Origin: a virus
Length of the DNA: 64,000 bases
Reading direction: 5' to 3' (one strand)
Virus record (IMG/VR): IMGVR_UViG_3300023184_000093
Location: 1-64,000 of that record
In this document: positions 12,401-21,215 of the stretch, piece after piece
How the letters are laid out: every line of letters begins with the position of its first letter
How positions within the stretch are numbered: position 1 is the stretch's first letter
The notes under the pieces: model-generated
What the model was told of the DNA's origin: nothing
What the model saw: only the letters and a program-made list of their open reading frames with translations
The model's database searches: none
Made by a program: the position numbers and the translations under genes

Positions 12401-13634
12401 TAAAGGTCAATTAACAATTAATTATGGATTGAGCATTAGTACATTTACTAATGTATTCAATGTACTAACTGCAACAAATAATACCACATATTATACAGTA
12501 AGTGTTGGATATGTTATTGGAGATAATACCACAGTTGGATCACTTTATAATTTAGATCCATTAAGTGTAAATTACATAAGAACAGGTGATCTTGGATATA
12601 CAGGTAGTACTGGAACTGCTGCTCAAGTTCAACTTGGAACAGTTACTTATAGTGCTACTACAGCCACGGTTACTAATGCCGGTAATAATCAATTTGCTAT
12701 ATTTAATTTTGTACTACAAAGTGGTTATACTGGTAGTGCTGGAACTGGAACTGGTTACACAGGTAGTTTAGGTAATTTTAGCAGTGCAGTACAACAATTT
12801 AATACACAAACGTCAAACTATACTTTAGCATTAACTGATGCAGGTGCATTAATAAAATTAAACAGTACTAGCCCTATTGTACTAACAGTTCCGGCAGAAA
12901 GTTTAGTTAATTTCCCAATTGGAAGTAGATTAGATTTAGAACAACTGGGTACCGGTGGAGTTACTGTAGTTGGTGATTCTGGCGTTACCGTGATATCTAC
13001 AGATTACCCAATATTAAATTTACAATATAGTCTAGCTTCGCTGGTTAAAACTGATTCAAATGAATGGTTATTTGTTGCACCAACAGGCGGCTTGGGATAT
13101 TCTGGTAGTGTTGGATATACAGGTAGTTTTGGATACACAGGTAGTTTTGGATACACAGGTAGTATTGGTGGATTTAATGCTGTACAAACATTAAACATAC
13201 AAACTGGTACTACATACACAATTGCAGCAGCCGATGCTGGATATTTAATAGAAATAAACAATGCCGTTGGTGGTACAGTCATTGTTCCGCGTGATGTTGA
13301 TGTTGCGTTTGCTATTGGGCAACGTGTAGATATTTCTCAAATTGGAGCAGGCCCTGTGACAATTGTACCATATTCTGGTGCTGTTACCCTTCGTTATACT
13401 GATTATCCTATATTAAATCTTCCATATAGCATAGGAACATTAATAAAACTAGCTGCTAATGAATGGTCATGGATTGGTCCTGCTACTAGTGCCGTGGGAT
13501 ATAATGGTTCTGCTGGCCCAATGGGACCATCTGGTAATAACGGATTTGTTGGTAGTCGAGGTGATGTTGGTGCATCAGGTGTAAGTTCTTATTTCTCAGT
13601 CATAACCGGAGCGGCCGGGTGGTACTGGCAATAA
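6447..13634 (+). CDS. Long tail fibre protein (2395 aa) with collagen-like segments
   Basis: Repeated STTTGAL.V.GG.GIGG.L.VGG motifs, GVQGTQ and GYTGS collagen tracts, and two C-terminal YTLA..DAG.LI modules. Confidence 0.8.
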   Translation: MSKSRLFSGKIKKLTGGNLSVDRYEYLDISQAEPDLGLPFNNGQLLVGYTDGVRIWSNTITNATLVGVNTVTGTLLITTVTNSISTDTGALIVEGGVGIGGDLYVGGSVTAGSFIGSFTGLATTSTLAEFANTATYALNFNTGTLVANAVSATTSNFATTSGFALSFNTATLVAHAVLADTATTSNFATTSGFALSFNTSTLVSNAVSATTSNFATTSGFALSFNTGTLVANAVSATTSNFATTSSFALSFNTSTLVSNAVSATTSNFATTSGFALSFNTGTLVANAVQASSSTYADVAGTSLTLSSGTYTIVNTTISLSTTTGALVVNGGVGIGGNLYVGGEIVAQKLTIEYTTITTTLIKTDDIIQTSNTTNATTSTDSGALKIAGGASIGIDLWVGGDVFTQGQKVITTATVNDYASKTIITAGTDTAISTSTGNITIWNTSTLESVTGRGNTTSHAIRINNTLTSTSSFSDNALYVAGGIGGNSGFNINGDGYLHGNLNVSGYITGTNITLNVLSANSATFYGDVTGSGALYAGVLGYTPFAQTMAQFTGDLNDYMEINVQNINPGNWASTDIVASADNVTESSAFIDMGITSSGWDGTAPNTFADNLGPNDGYLLVGDSEFPTVGHLVIGTLSSETTVKIVVAGTNSNYVTAIFNTATTQSISTTTGALVVRGGLGVGGAINAMNTSYVAGSRILTAVDLETITHTATYITNNPGSVFGLATIANTTTVYGTYDFGSVSDIWTFNDYNTGTNTGYYSIHDAATQPAHIVYVGFNGITDFNRIVLNINYTQASGHTQDIDLYNYTQSQWDTFTTYSGSTGWFEFILGTIDSAPYISGGKVSLRIYHVSFGNINHRTWIDYVALEKSSQGGQGPRGATGATGAQGVLGSQGIQGTFGTQGVQGTQGVQGLTGQQGVQGVQGTQGVQGTQGVQGLTGQQGVQGVLGQQGVQGTQGVQGLTGQQGVQGVLGQQGTQGVLGEQGTQGVLGEQGVQGTQGVQGTQGVLGEQGTQGVLGEQGVQGTQGVLGQQGVQGVLGQQGVQGVLGQQGTQGVLGQQGVQGVLGQQGVQGVLGQQGTQGVLGEQGVQGVLGQQGTQGVLGEQGTQGVLGEQGVQGTQGVQGVTGSFTGTTALVVNITNTSSSTSTTTGALVVEGGAGIGGNLNVGGNLYVIGVLTASNFVGTFTGSVSGTADAAIYITGGGPGQLLFQTATNSTKFVSTGTTGDILVSYGTSSPTFQNTLTLAGSAQSSSTNTGALQVVGGAGIGGNLYIGGNLYSGDQRIVATTITAGTDTAISSSTGAITIWNTSTLQTITNRGNSTTNAILITNTTNTTSTNTGALTVGGSVGVGGNLNVANKLKIGANLNETLLPNVPLQVTGNVNDYLQVNIQNLNSSTFASTDLVLTSNKGTNSNYYVNLGINSENYATPDFGITNSNDGYLINKGGNLVIATANTGKTIEFWTDGTVLPGSTPDFGATTGTHIMSMGTEGVKIYNTTSSISSTTGALQVLGGVGIQGDLHVGGQITIFGTILINGSEQGLGWTGSVGYTGSRAYTGSQGYTGSAGDTGPQGNRGYTGSTGTQGQIGYTGSLGNQGPQGQQGIQGNQGDIGFTGSRSTETGYTGSLGYSGSQGPAGTSVVIKGSTSTYTSLPGYQTPPTPMTYAGTAGDGYITQDNGYLNVWDGSLWIPVGQFVGYAGSFGYTGSAGYTGSQGYTGSQGYTGSQGYTGSAGYVGSASTATGYTGSIGYTGSRGDKGESSYTYSAFPPADPVVGDRWFNTTYGIELVYTQDADSYQWIEISASGYVGQFGFTGSQGSTGTSVIIKGTTSTYTLLPGYPSSYTGLFNDTYVATDSGHMWVWNGTTWLDVGNIIGYTGSQGVQGPEGPVGDTGVQGNKGYTGSQGIKGDTGNTGYWGSRGYTGSEGIKSGLRFYFDATSSNPGTTLNGSIRYNNTVTTSTTELYISTTDVTGSNISNWLAQFIPTSNSGSPKGQLTINYGLSISTFTNVFNVLTATNNTTYYTVSVGYVIGDNTTVGSLYNLDPLSVNYIRTGDLGYTGSTGTAAQVQLGTVTYSATTATVTNAGNNQFAIFNFVLQSGYTGSAGTGTGYTGSLGNFSSAVQQFNTQTSNYTLALTDAGALIKLNSTSPIVLTVPAESLVNFPIGSRLDLEQLGTGGVTVVGDSGVTVISTDYPILNLQYSLASLVKTDSNEWLFVAPTGGLGYSGSVGYTGSFGYTGSFGYTGSIGGFNAVQTLNIQTGTTYTIAAADAGYLIEINNAVGGTVIVPRDVDVAFAIGQRVDISQIGAGPVTIVPYSGAVTLRYTDYPILNLPYSIGTLIKLAANEWSWIGPATSAVGYNGSAGPMGPSGNNGFVGSRGDVGASGVSSYFSVITGAAGWYWQ
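6855..7312 (+). repeat. 81-nt coding tandem repeat (27 aa, FNTGTLVANAVSATTSNFATTSGFALS), about 5.5 copies
   Basis: Visible directly in both DNA and translation. Confidence 0.9.
9100..9820 (+). repeat. Collagen-like GVQ/GTQ/GVL/GQQ coding repeat
   Basis: Repeated 9-nt units such as caaggtacacagggtgtattaggacaa. Confidence 0.95.
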
Positions 13635-13665
13635 ATACGTATAATTAATTTAAGGAATATTAAAA

Positions 13666-14436
13666 ATGGCTGGAAATTCATCCCCAATTTTTTCAAGAGT
13701 AGGAGATATACAGGGCGGTGTATTGATCGTTAACTCATCTACTAACTCTGCTATTGCAGACTTTGCAGGTACAGGAACTTTTGTTGTTCCAGTTTTTACA
13801 GCAGATCTTACCAACGGCGGATTTATACAAAGAATAAGATTTAAAGCAAGAGCAGACGGTGCTAACGTTGCTACTGTTGCTCGTATATGGATTAATGAAG
13901 GCACATTGAATCTCTCATCACCATTAATTGCTCCAACAACACTTACCGGAACTCCTTCTGCAACCGGTGGTACATTAACAACTGGTACGTTTTATGCCAA
14001 AGTACAGGCAATCGATCAATGGGGTGGATTAGGACCAATATCAGCTGAATCATCTGCGGTTAACGTATTAGCACCTGCAGGAACTGGATCAATTAGTTGG
14101 AACTGGACTCAGGTAACTGGTGCAGTTAGTTATCGTTTATATACTGGCCCAGTTGCCGGCGGCGAATATGTTTATTTTGCTTCAACAGTTAGTACATTTA
14201 CACAAACAGTTCCTATTATTTCATCGCAATTGGCCAATCCTGGTGACTATGTTGTTAATAATATGTTCTACGGTGAATTATCATTACCTGCAACTGCTGT
14301 TGCTCAAACAGCCGCTACAGTTGAACTTGATTATCCAATGAACTTGGCATTACCTCCAGGGTATAGAGTTATGGTAGGATTTGGTGGAGCGGTGGCCACA
14401 GGTTGGTATGTAACAGGTATAGGCGGAAAGTATTAA
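13666..14436 (+). CDS. Virion structural protein (tail region)
   Basis: 256 aa ORF with an AAGGA SD and an upstream TAAATA; ends in the LALPPGY...GGKY pattern seen in phage tail-region proteins. Confidence 0.6.
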   Translation: MAGNSSPIFSRVGDIQGGVLIVNSSTNSAIADFAGTGTFVVPVFTADLTNGGFIQRIRFKARADGANVATVARIWINEGTLNLSSPLIAPTTLTGTPSATGGTLTTGTFYAKVQAIDQWGGLGPISAESSAVNVLAPAGTGSISWNWTQVTGAVSYRLYTGPVAGGEYVYFASTVSTFTQTVPIISSQLANPGDYVVNNMFYGELSLPATAVAQTAATVELDYPMNLALPPGYRVMVGFGGAVATGWYVTGIGGKY

Positions 14437-14439
14437 TCT

Positions 14440-15414
14440 ATGTTAGATATAAGTCATCTTGCCGGTAATCCTAAGTATGATGTACAGGTATTTTATGCAA
14501 ACTCTCCTGTGGCAGGTGCAAACTGGGCTACTTGGGTTAAACCACGTGGCATTAACTTTGTACAATTTTTTGTATTATCAGGAGGATGTGGCGGAGGCAG
14601 TGGTACAGTAGGTGCGGCAAGTACAGCAGGCGGTGGTGCTGGTGGTCCTTCTGGATCGCAGGCCATTGTTACTTTTCCAGCGTGGGCAATACCAGATATA
14701 TTATACATCTCAGTGGGCAATGGTGGACTTGGTGGTGCAGCAGTTAATACAAACCCAGGCTTAGTTGGGGTAGCAGGTGTTGCTAGTCATGTTGCTATAT
14801 ATCCTGATACTGCTTTAACTGCACAAAATTTATTAATTAAAGTTAATGCCGGTGTGGTTGGTGCCGCCGCAGCTCTTGCTGTAGGTGGCACGGTTGGTAC
14901 TGCTGCTGCTATTACTCTAGTTTCCGCATCACCTTTAGCTGCTCTAGGAACATTTTATTCATCGGCTGTTCTTAGTCTTAACATTGCTGGGCTAACTGGT
15001 ACCGCAGGTGGTGCTGCTATTGCTGCTGCTGCTTTTTCATTAGGTACAACTGGTTTAATAGTTACACCCGGAACTGGTGGTGCTGGTCTTGGAGCAGCAG
15101 CTTCTGTTGGTCTTACCGGCGGCAATATTACCGGTGCTGGTATATTTCCTACATTACCGGGTGGTCTTGCTGGTGGCACAACAACTGCATCTGGTGGTGC
15201 TGGTTCTAATGGTATTCAACCGATACGTGGACTATGGTTCTTTTATGGTGGAACCGGTGGTGCCAGTTCTGGTGGTGCTGGTGGTAGTGGTGGCAGAGGC
15301 GGTGACGGTGCTTATGGCAGCGGCGGTGGCGGCGGCGGTGGTGCATTCACTGGTAATTTTAGTGGAGCAGGCGGCAAGGGCGGCGACGGTATAGTAGTTG
15401 CCACCAGCTGGTAA
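14440..15414 (+). CDS. Glycine-rich tail-associated protein
   Basis: TWVKPRG....V.SGG.GGG start and GG.GGDGIVV..SW end, typical of phage glycine-rich domains. Confidence 0.7.
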   Translation: MLDISHLAGNPKYDVQVFYANSPVAGANWATWVKPRGINFVQFFVLSGGCGGGSGTVGAASTAGGGAGGPSGSQAIVTFPAWAIPDILYISVGNGGLGGAAVNTNPGLVGVAGVASHVAIYPDTALTAQNLLIKVNAGVVGAAAALAVGGTVGTAAAITLVSASPLAALGTFYSSAVLSLNIAGLTGTAGGAAIAAAAFSLGTTGLIVTPGTGGAGLGAAASVGLTGGNITGAGIFPTLPGGLAGGTTTASGGAGSNGIQPIRGLWFFYGGTGGASSGGAGGSGGRGGDGAYGSGGGGGGGAFTGNFSGAGGKGGDGIVVATSW

Positions 15415-15484
15415 TTTTCAAAAATATTAATCATACTAAAATCTAGATTAATAAATATCAAATAATACACGCACGAGGTAAAAA

Positions 15485-15877
15485 ATGGGACATTTTGCAA
15501 AAGTAGATAACGGCATAGTAACACAGGTTATTGTAGCCGAACAAGACGTAATTAATACAGGTATGTTTGGTGATCCTAATTCTTGGATACAAACTAGCTA
15601 CAATACATTTGCTGGCAAGCATACATCAGGTGGAACACCACTAAGAAAAAATTATGCAGGAATTGGTTATGTATATGATTTAGAAAGAGATGCTTTCTAC
15701 GTTCAACAACCTTATCCAAGTTGGATTTTAAATGAAGATACTTGTGTATGGGAATCTCCTGTACCTATGCCTGATATAGTTGAAGGATTTAGTTATACAT
15801 GGGATGAAGCAACTGTATCATGGATATCTATTCCAATTCCTCAACCTTCTGAAGAACCTACTTTACCAGCTGAATAA
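15485..15877 (+). CDS. Conserved phage protein, probable tail fibre assembly/accessory protein
   Basis: MGHFAKV..GIVTQVIVA, RKNYAGIGY.YD..RDAF and QPYPSW.LNE.TC.WE.P.PMP motifs; GAGG SD; upstream TAAATA. Confidence 0.65.
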   Translation: MGHFAKVDNGIVTQVIVAEQDVINTGMFGDPNSWIQTSYNTFAGKHTSGGTPLRKNYAGIGYVYDLERDAFYVQQPYPSWILNEDTCVWESPVPMPDIVEGFSYTWDEATVSWISIPIPQPSEEPTLPAE

Positions 15878-15880
15878 GAA

Positions 15881-18800
15881 ATGACCTTAGATTTAGGTAT
15901 AATTCGTCGACAACGTTATTTTTCAACATCGACAGCAACACCCCTAACTACTAGTACCTATGCCCAAGGCGGAAATATAACGTCATATATCTATAATGGT
16001 ACAACTTATATTGCCCATATTTTTACAGTATCTGGTATATTTACAGTTACATCTGCAATATATCCTTTGGACATTTTAGCAGTAGCTGGTGGAGGGGGTG
16101 GTGCTAGTTCTGGAGTAAGTGCTGGTACTGGTGCAGGCGGCGGGGGTGCAGGCGGTGTTGCCACAACTGGAGTAGTTAATAACATCAATAGAATATATCC
16201 TAGCAGTTCATACATAGCAGTAACTACATCAACAATAGCTAATGCTGTAGGTGGTTGGGTTCCTAGTGTGTTTTCGGACTTTGTTGGAGGTACTGGAGGA
16301 TTTCACTTTACTTGGAGTGCTGTTCAACAAACGGGTGGTGGTGCAAGAACTATTCCTATACCTGAACAAGGCGGTGATAATAACACTGTTTTTCAAAGGT
16401 ATTATTTAGAATTAGCTATAACTGGTATTGGACCTGCTGATGTTGCTATTGGATTGATTAGAGATGGTGCTGTTAAGGACGGATATGCTAACATACCATA
16501 TGTAAACTTAAATGGTGGCACAGTTAATAACTGGACAGGTGTAGGAACTGCATTAGGAACATTTGTGCCCGGTGACACCCTTCAAATTGCATGGAGTGCT
16601 GCTGATCAACTTACTAGTTATCTAACATATTGGTGGGTGGGTAAAAATGGAACTTGGGCCAATGCTACACCTTGGGATGCGGCTAACGCTGGATACACTA
16701 CAGGAACATATCAAACAAGTGCTTTGAGATTAATTGTTATGAGTGCTGCTTCAGGTGGCGGTGCTGTCAGAGGTAGATTTAGATCAGGTAGCGAAAACTT
16801 ATATACCTCCCAAGCTATTAGTGCTGGTAATTATGGTACTACTATTACTAATCACTCTGCATATTATACAAGTTCGTTAGGATCAGGATATTTTTCAACA
16901 GGTACAACGTTTGGTGTTACAATAGGTGCTGGTGGAGTAAAAGGAGGAGGCCTCGTAGAAAATAATTTTGGAGCCAATGGCGGTGATACCGTAATTTATA
17001 ATGCAACTAATCCTTCATTTTTTTACTCTGCGTATTTTGCCAATAGTTATATAACAGTTACTAATCCTGTATTTGCGTTTGGCACCGACAATTTTACCAT
17101 AGAAACTTGGATATATCCAACTGCATCTTATGGACAAAGTGGTGGAAATTATGTTCATCCTATATTTAATTCTAGAAGTTTTTCAGGTACAGATGTTGCA
17201 AATGCTGGATTTATTGTTTATTTAGATTCCAATAATAAAGTTGGTGTATATACTAATGGGACTACTTATCTCACCACTGTTAATATTGTTGCAAATGCTG
17301 CGTGGAGTCATATAGCCGTTACAAGAAATAGTAACATAATCAATGTTTATATAAATGGTGTAAAAGATGCTAGTAGTTTTACAGCTAGTGCTACACAAAA
17401 TTTTACCAACAATCTCGTAATGATAGGATATGGTAATAATCAAACAAACATAGCTATTCCTCAATATCTACAAGGTTACCTTAGCAATTATCGTATAGTA
17501 AGAGGATTATCGGTATATACAAATAGTTTTACTCCACCTACAACTATTAGTTCAGCAACACAGTCTGCTGGTACAAATATCAATGCTATAACTACTCAAA
17601 CAGTATTACTAGCATTTAACACAGCTACTATTGGAGATATTTCCACACTTACTAATGTATTAACTCAAACATCCGGCACCATAACTGTGTCAACCTTTGC
17701 ACCATTTACCACATCGTCGGTGTTAATCAGAGCATTTGGTGGTGGTGGTGGTGGTGGTGGTACAGCTCCTGGATTTTATGGAAATGGACAAAATGGTGGA
17801 AGTGGCGGTGGTGCTCCTGGCTCCGGTGGTAGTAATGCATACATGATCGGCGGTGCAGGGTTTCCGGGACAAGGAAACCGTGGAGGTCATGGCGGCAATG
17901 CTCTAGGATGTGGTGGCGGCGGCTATGCATATATAGGTGGGCCAGCTTTAAATGGACTGCCAGGTGGATGGTCACCTGGCTTTAACGCCGCAGGCTACGG
18001 CGGCGCTGGCGGGTATTTTAATCATTCAGGTGTCGTGACAGCCTATGCTGGTGGGGGTGGTGGTGGGGCATGGAGTAGTAGTGGATATAATCCCGGTCTA
18101 GGTGGCATCGGTGGTGGTGGCAATGGAGCATATGTTGGAGCAGCACAAATTAATGCTACAGCGGGTACTGTTAATTCTGGTGGCGGTGGTGGTGGTGGCA
18201 ATTATTTAGCTACAAATTCTGCTGCCGCAGGTGGTAGTGGCATTGTTATATTTAGATACCCTACAAATATTCCTGATCCAGATCGTATTACACGACTTGG
18301 AATAACTGATCCGTATTTAAAAAATACAATATTATTATTGTCAGGACAAATTTCTAACACAGCTACAAATAATAGTATTATAGATAGTAGTAACAATTTT
18401 GCATCTTTTATTGTTTCAGCAACTAACACTATTTCACAAGGTGCATTTAGTCCATATGGATCACAATGGAGTACTTCTTTTAATGGTGTTACAGATTATA
18501 TATCATTTGTGTCAACAGTTACCACAGGTACAGCGTTTCAACAAAACGTGTTCTGGGGAGCAAATAAGAGTTTTACCATTGAGGCGTGGTTAAATCCAAA
18601 TGGACCTCAATTATCTAATACAGCCACTATTATTTTAGGTGATGCATCTCCTACAGGGTTAGGATTAGCATGGGGAGTAGGTTTAGATTCTTCTAATAAA
18701 CCAATGATGTATTGGAAAGATCCAGCTAATACTGGTAACTTTTTAACCGCAACAAATATTTTATCAACCGGTACCTGGACACATGTTTCTTGGATATCCA

Positions 18801-21193
18801 ATGCAGGTACACCTACAATATATATAAATGGAGTTTATCAACCAATTGTTGTATCTGGATCTAGCACACTAACAAATTCTACACAAACATTCGGGATAGT
18901 AGTAGGAGCGTACTTTAATAAATTCTATAATGGATCTATTAGTAATCTAAGAGTATCAACTAGTTCTGCTGTGTATTCTACCATTGGCATCTTTCCACCT
19001 ACTGTACCAGTAAATATATCAACTAGTACTATTTTATTAACTTGTAATACATATAGACATGCTGACAGCAGTATATCATCATTTGCCATTAGCACAGGAA
19101 CTACTACTAGTATACCAAAAATACAAAAATATTCTCCATTTACATTAGGATATCCTTATACACCAATATCCATAGGTGGTAGTGCTTTTTTTAATGGTAC
19201 CAGTGATTATCTGTTTTCAACTACTATTACAACTCCTTCAGTTGAATACTTAATAGTTGCTGGCGGCGGTGGTGGCGGTTCAGCAGACAATAGTGATGGT
19301 GGCGGCGGTGGTGGTGGTGCTGGTGGATTGTTAACTGTTGCTGGAGTTTTTGTACCCGCAGGAACACCAATTACTGTTACTGTGGGTGGTGGTGGTACTG
19401 GCCGTGCAAATAATTCTGGACTAGCAGGCAGTAATGGAACAGATTCGGTCTTTGGTAGCATAACTGCTACTGGCGGTGGTGGTGGCGGTGCCTTCGCAAC
19501 ACCAGGCGGCTCAGGCGGCTCAGGTGGCGGTGCCTTTGGTAGGGCTAGTCAATTGGGCGGTGCTGGCACATCAGGACAAGGATTTTTTGGAGCGAACTCA
19601 GGTGGCGGCGCTCTCGGCGGCGGGTGGGGCGGCACAGGTGGTGGTGGTGCAGGTGCGTCAAGTATTATAAATTCTAATGCTAATGGAACCGCAGGTGGTG
19701 CAGGCGTAGCATCTTTAATTACTGGAACATCTGTAACATATGCAGGTGGTGGCGGTGGTGGTAGTGGTGGTGGCGGTGCTGTTGGTGGGGCTGGTGGAAC
19801 AGGCGGCGGCGGAGCTGGTGGACGTAACACAGTCAATGCAGTTGCAGGAACAACTAACTCGGGTGGCGGTGGTGGTGGAAGTGGGGTAATCGCCAATGGT
19901 GCTAACGGCGGTTCTGGTATTGTTATTATTAGATACTCAGATAATTATCCTGTCGCAACAGCTACAGTTGGTTCACCTACATATACAGTGTCAGGTGGTT
20001 ATAGAATATATACATTTACAAGTAGTGGGTCAATAACGTTTGATAATGTTTTTGGGTTGCCGACAGCAGTTCCTTTACAACTTGATTCAGATTTTTCTAT
20101 TGACTGCTGGGTATATACTACAGCGACCACAGCTCAATGTATTTTTGATTTTGCCGGCAATAACGGCAATGCACTACGTCCAAATTCATTTGCATTGAAC
20201 ATGGCCGCAACGACTAGATTACTGTCATTCAGTTATAACAATACGATATCTCCTAATTCATCTACAGCTATTAATGTTAATACATGGAATCATATTGCTG
20301 TAACAAGGCAGGGTGGTGTTATGTCAATATATCAAAATGGTATTGCAACATTAATTACTAACACATCAACTAATTTTTCCAATGGACAACTAGTAATAGG
20401 CAGAAACGGCCCAACATCAGCGTCGTTTTTTAGTGGATATATATCAGATTTTAGAATAATAAAAGGTCGCTCAATATATAGCGGTAATTTTAATCCACCT
20501 GTTGCACCTTTAAAAGTTATAGATGCAACTAACAGTACATCACTGTTATTGAATTTTAGCAATGTTGGTATAACTGATTCTACAATGCAACATAATGTTC
20601 TTGTATTAAATTCTGCTACCATGTCATCTGCTGTTACAAAATATAATTCTAAAAGTATATATTTTTCAGGAGTAGCTGATTCTATATCAATCATACCAGT
20701 ATCTACTTCTAGTTATTCTTTAGGAACTCTTGATTTTACTGTAGATATGTGGGTATATGTTTTACCACAAACAATTTGGGCAGATAGACAAACTCTACAA
20801 TCGGCAACTATAAGAACAATTTTTGATATGAAATCACAAAATTTAGCCAATGCTGGGTTTGATATATTTTTAGGCACCACAGGTACTTTGAATGTTAGTA
20901 CATTAAACCTTGCTTATATAACAGGAACTACATTTATTAGTGTTAATACATGGAATCACATAGCATTGGTTAGACAATCAAATAGTTTTAGTTTATATTT
21001 AAATGGCATTCCTGAAGGACGTACCTATACTGGGGCCGTTCCTAGCTTTATCAATCCAATAGTACGTATAGGAACTGGTGCTCTAGCAACTGGATTTTTT
21101 AGTGGCTATATTGACGAATTACGTATTATCAAGGGAGTTGCAAGATATACTGCTCCATTCATTGTACCCCAGAAAGCTATTCCGGTTAAATAA
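15881..21193 (+). CDS. Glycine-rich / LamG (ConA-like lectin) multidomain tail fibre or adhesin (1770 aa)
   Basis: Two Gly-rich domains (VAGGGGG...GGSGIVI.RY) and four LamG-type units (FT[IV][ED].W...W.H.A..R......Y.NG...GY.S..RI). Confidence 0.8.
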   Translation: MTLDLGIIRRQRYFSTSTATPLTTSTYAQGGNITSYIYNGTTYIAHIFTVSGIFTVTSAIYPLDILAVAGGGGGASSGVSAGTGAGGGGAGGVATTGVVNNINRIYPSSSYIAVTTSTIANAVGGWVPSVFSDFVGGTGGFHFTWSAVQQTGGGARTIPIPEQGGDNNTVFQRYYLELAITGIGPADVAIGLIRDGAVKDGYANIPYVNLNGGTVNNWTGVGTALGTFVPGDTLQIAWSAADQLTSYLTYWWVGKNGTWANATPWDAANAGYTTGTYQTSALRLIVMSAASGGGAVRGRFRSGSENLYTSQAISAGNYGTTITNHSAYYTSSLGSGYFSTGTTFGVTIGAGGVKGGGLVENNFGANGGDTVIYNATNPSFFYSAYFANSYITVTNPVFAFGTDNFTIETWIYPTASYGQSGGNYVHPIFNSRSFSGTDVANAGFIVYLDSNNKVGVYTNGTTYLTTVNIVANAAWSHIAVTRNSNIINVYINGVKDASSFTASATQNFTNNLVMIGYGNNQTNIAIPQYLQGYLSNYRIVRGLSVYTNSFTPPTTISSATQSAGTNINAITTQTVLLAFNTATIGDISTLTNVLTQTSGTITVSTFAPFTTSSVLIRAFGGGGGGGGTAPGFYGNGQNGGSGGGAPGSGGSNAYMIGGAGFPGQGNRGGHGGNALGCGGGGYAYIGGPALNGLPGGWSPGFNAAGYGGAGGYFNHSGVVTAYAGGGGGGAWSSSGYNPGLGGIGGGGNGAYVGAAQINATAGTVNSGGGGGGGNYLATNSAAAGGSGIVIFRYPTNIPDPDRITRLGITDPYLKNTILLLSGQISNTATNNSIIDSSNNFASFIVSATNTISQGAFSPYGSQWSTSFNGVTDYISFVSTVTTGTAFQQNVFWGANKSFTIEAWLNPNGPQLSNTATIILGDASPTGLGLAWGVGLDSSNKPMMYWKDPANTGNFLTATNILSTGTWTHVSWISNAGTPTIYINGVYQPIVVSGSSTLTNSTQTFGIVVGAYFNKFYNGSISNLRVSTSSAVYSTIGIFPPTVPVNISTSTILLTCNTYRHADSSISSFAISTGTTTSIPKIQKYSPFTLGYPYTPISIGGSAFFNGTSDYLFSTTITTPSVEYLIVAGGGGGGSADNSDGGGGGGGAGGLLTVAGVFVPAGTPITVTVGGGGTGRANNSGLAGSNGTDSVFGSITATGGGGGGAFATPGGSGGSGGGAFGRASQLGGAGTSGQGFFGANSGGGALGGGWGGTGGGGAGASSIINSNANGTAGGAGVASLITGTSVTYAGGGGGGSGGGGAVGGAGGTGGGGAGGRNTVNAVAGTTNSGGGGGGSGVIANGANGGSGIVIIRYSDNYPVATATVGSPTYTVSGGYRIYTFTSSGSITFDNVFGLPTAVPLQLDSDFSIDCWVYTTATTAQCIFDFAGNNGNALRPNSFALNMAATTRLLSFSYNNTISPNSSTAINVNTWNHIAVTRQGGVMSIYQNGIATLITNTSTNFSNGQLVIGRNGPTSASFFSGYISDFRIIKGRSIYSGNFNPPVAPLKVIDATNSTSLLLNFSNVGITDSTMQHNVLVLNSATMSSAVTKYNSKSIYFSGVADSISIIPVSTSSYSLGTLDFTVDMWVYVLPQTIWADRQTLQSATIRTIFDMKSQNLANAGFDIFLGTTGTLNVSTLNLAYITGTTFISVNTWNHIALVRQSNSFSLYLNGIPEGRTYTGAVPSFINPIVRIGTGALATGFFSGYIDELRIIKGVARYTAPFIVPQKAIPVK

Positions 21194-21215
21194 GTGATAA
21201 TGAGAAATTTGAAAA

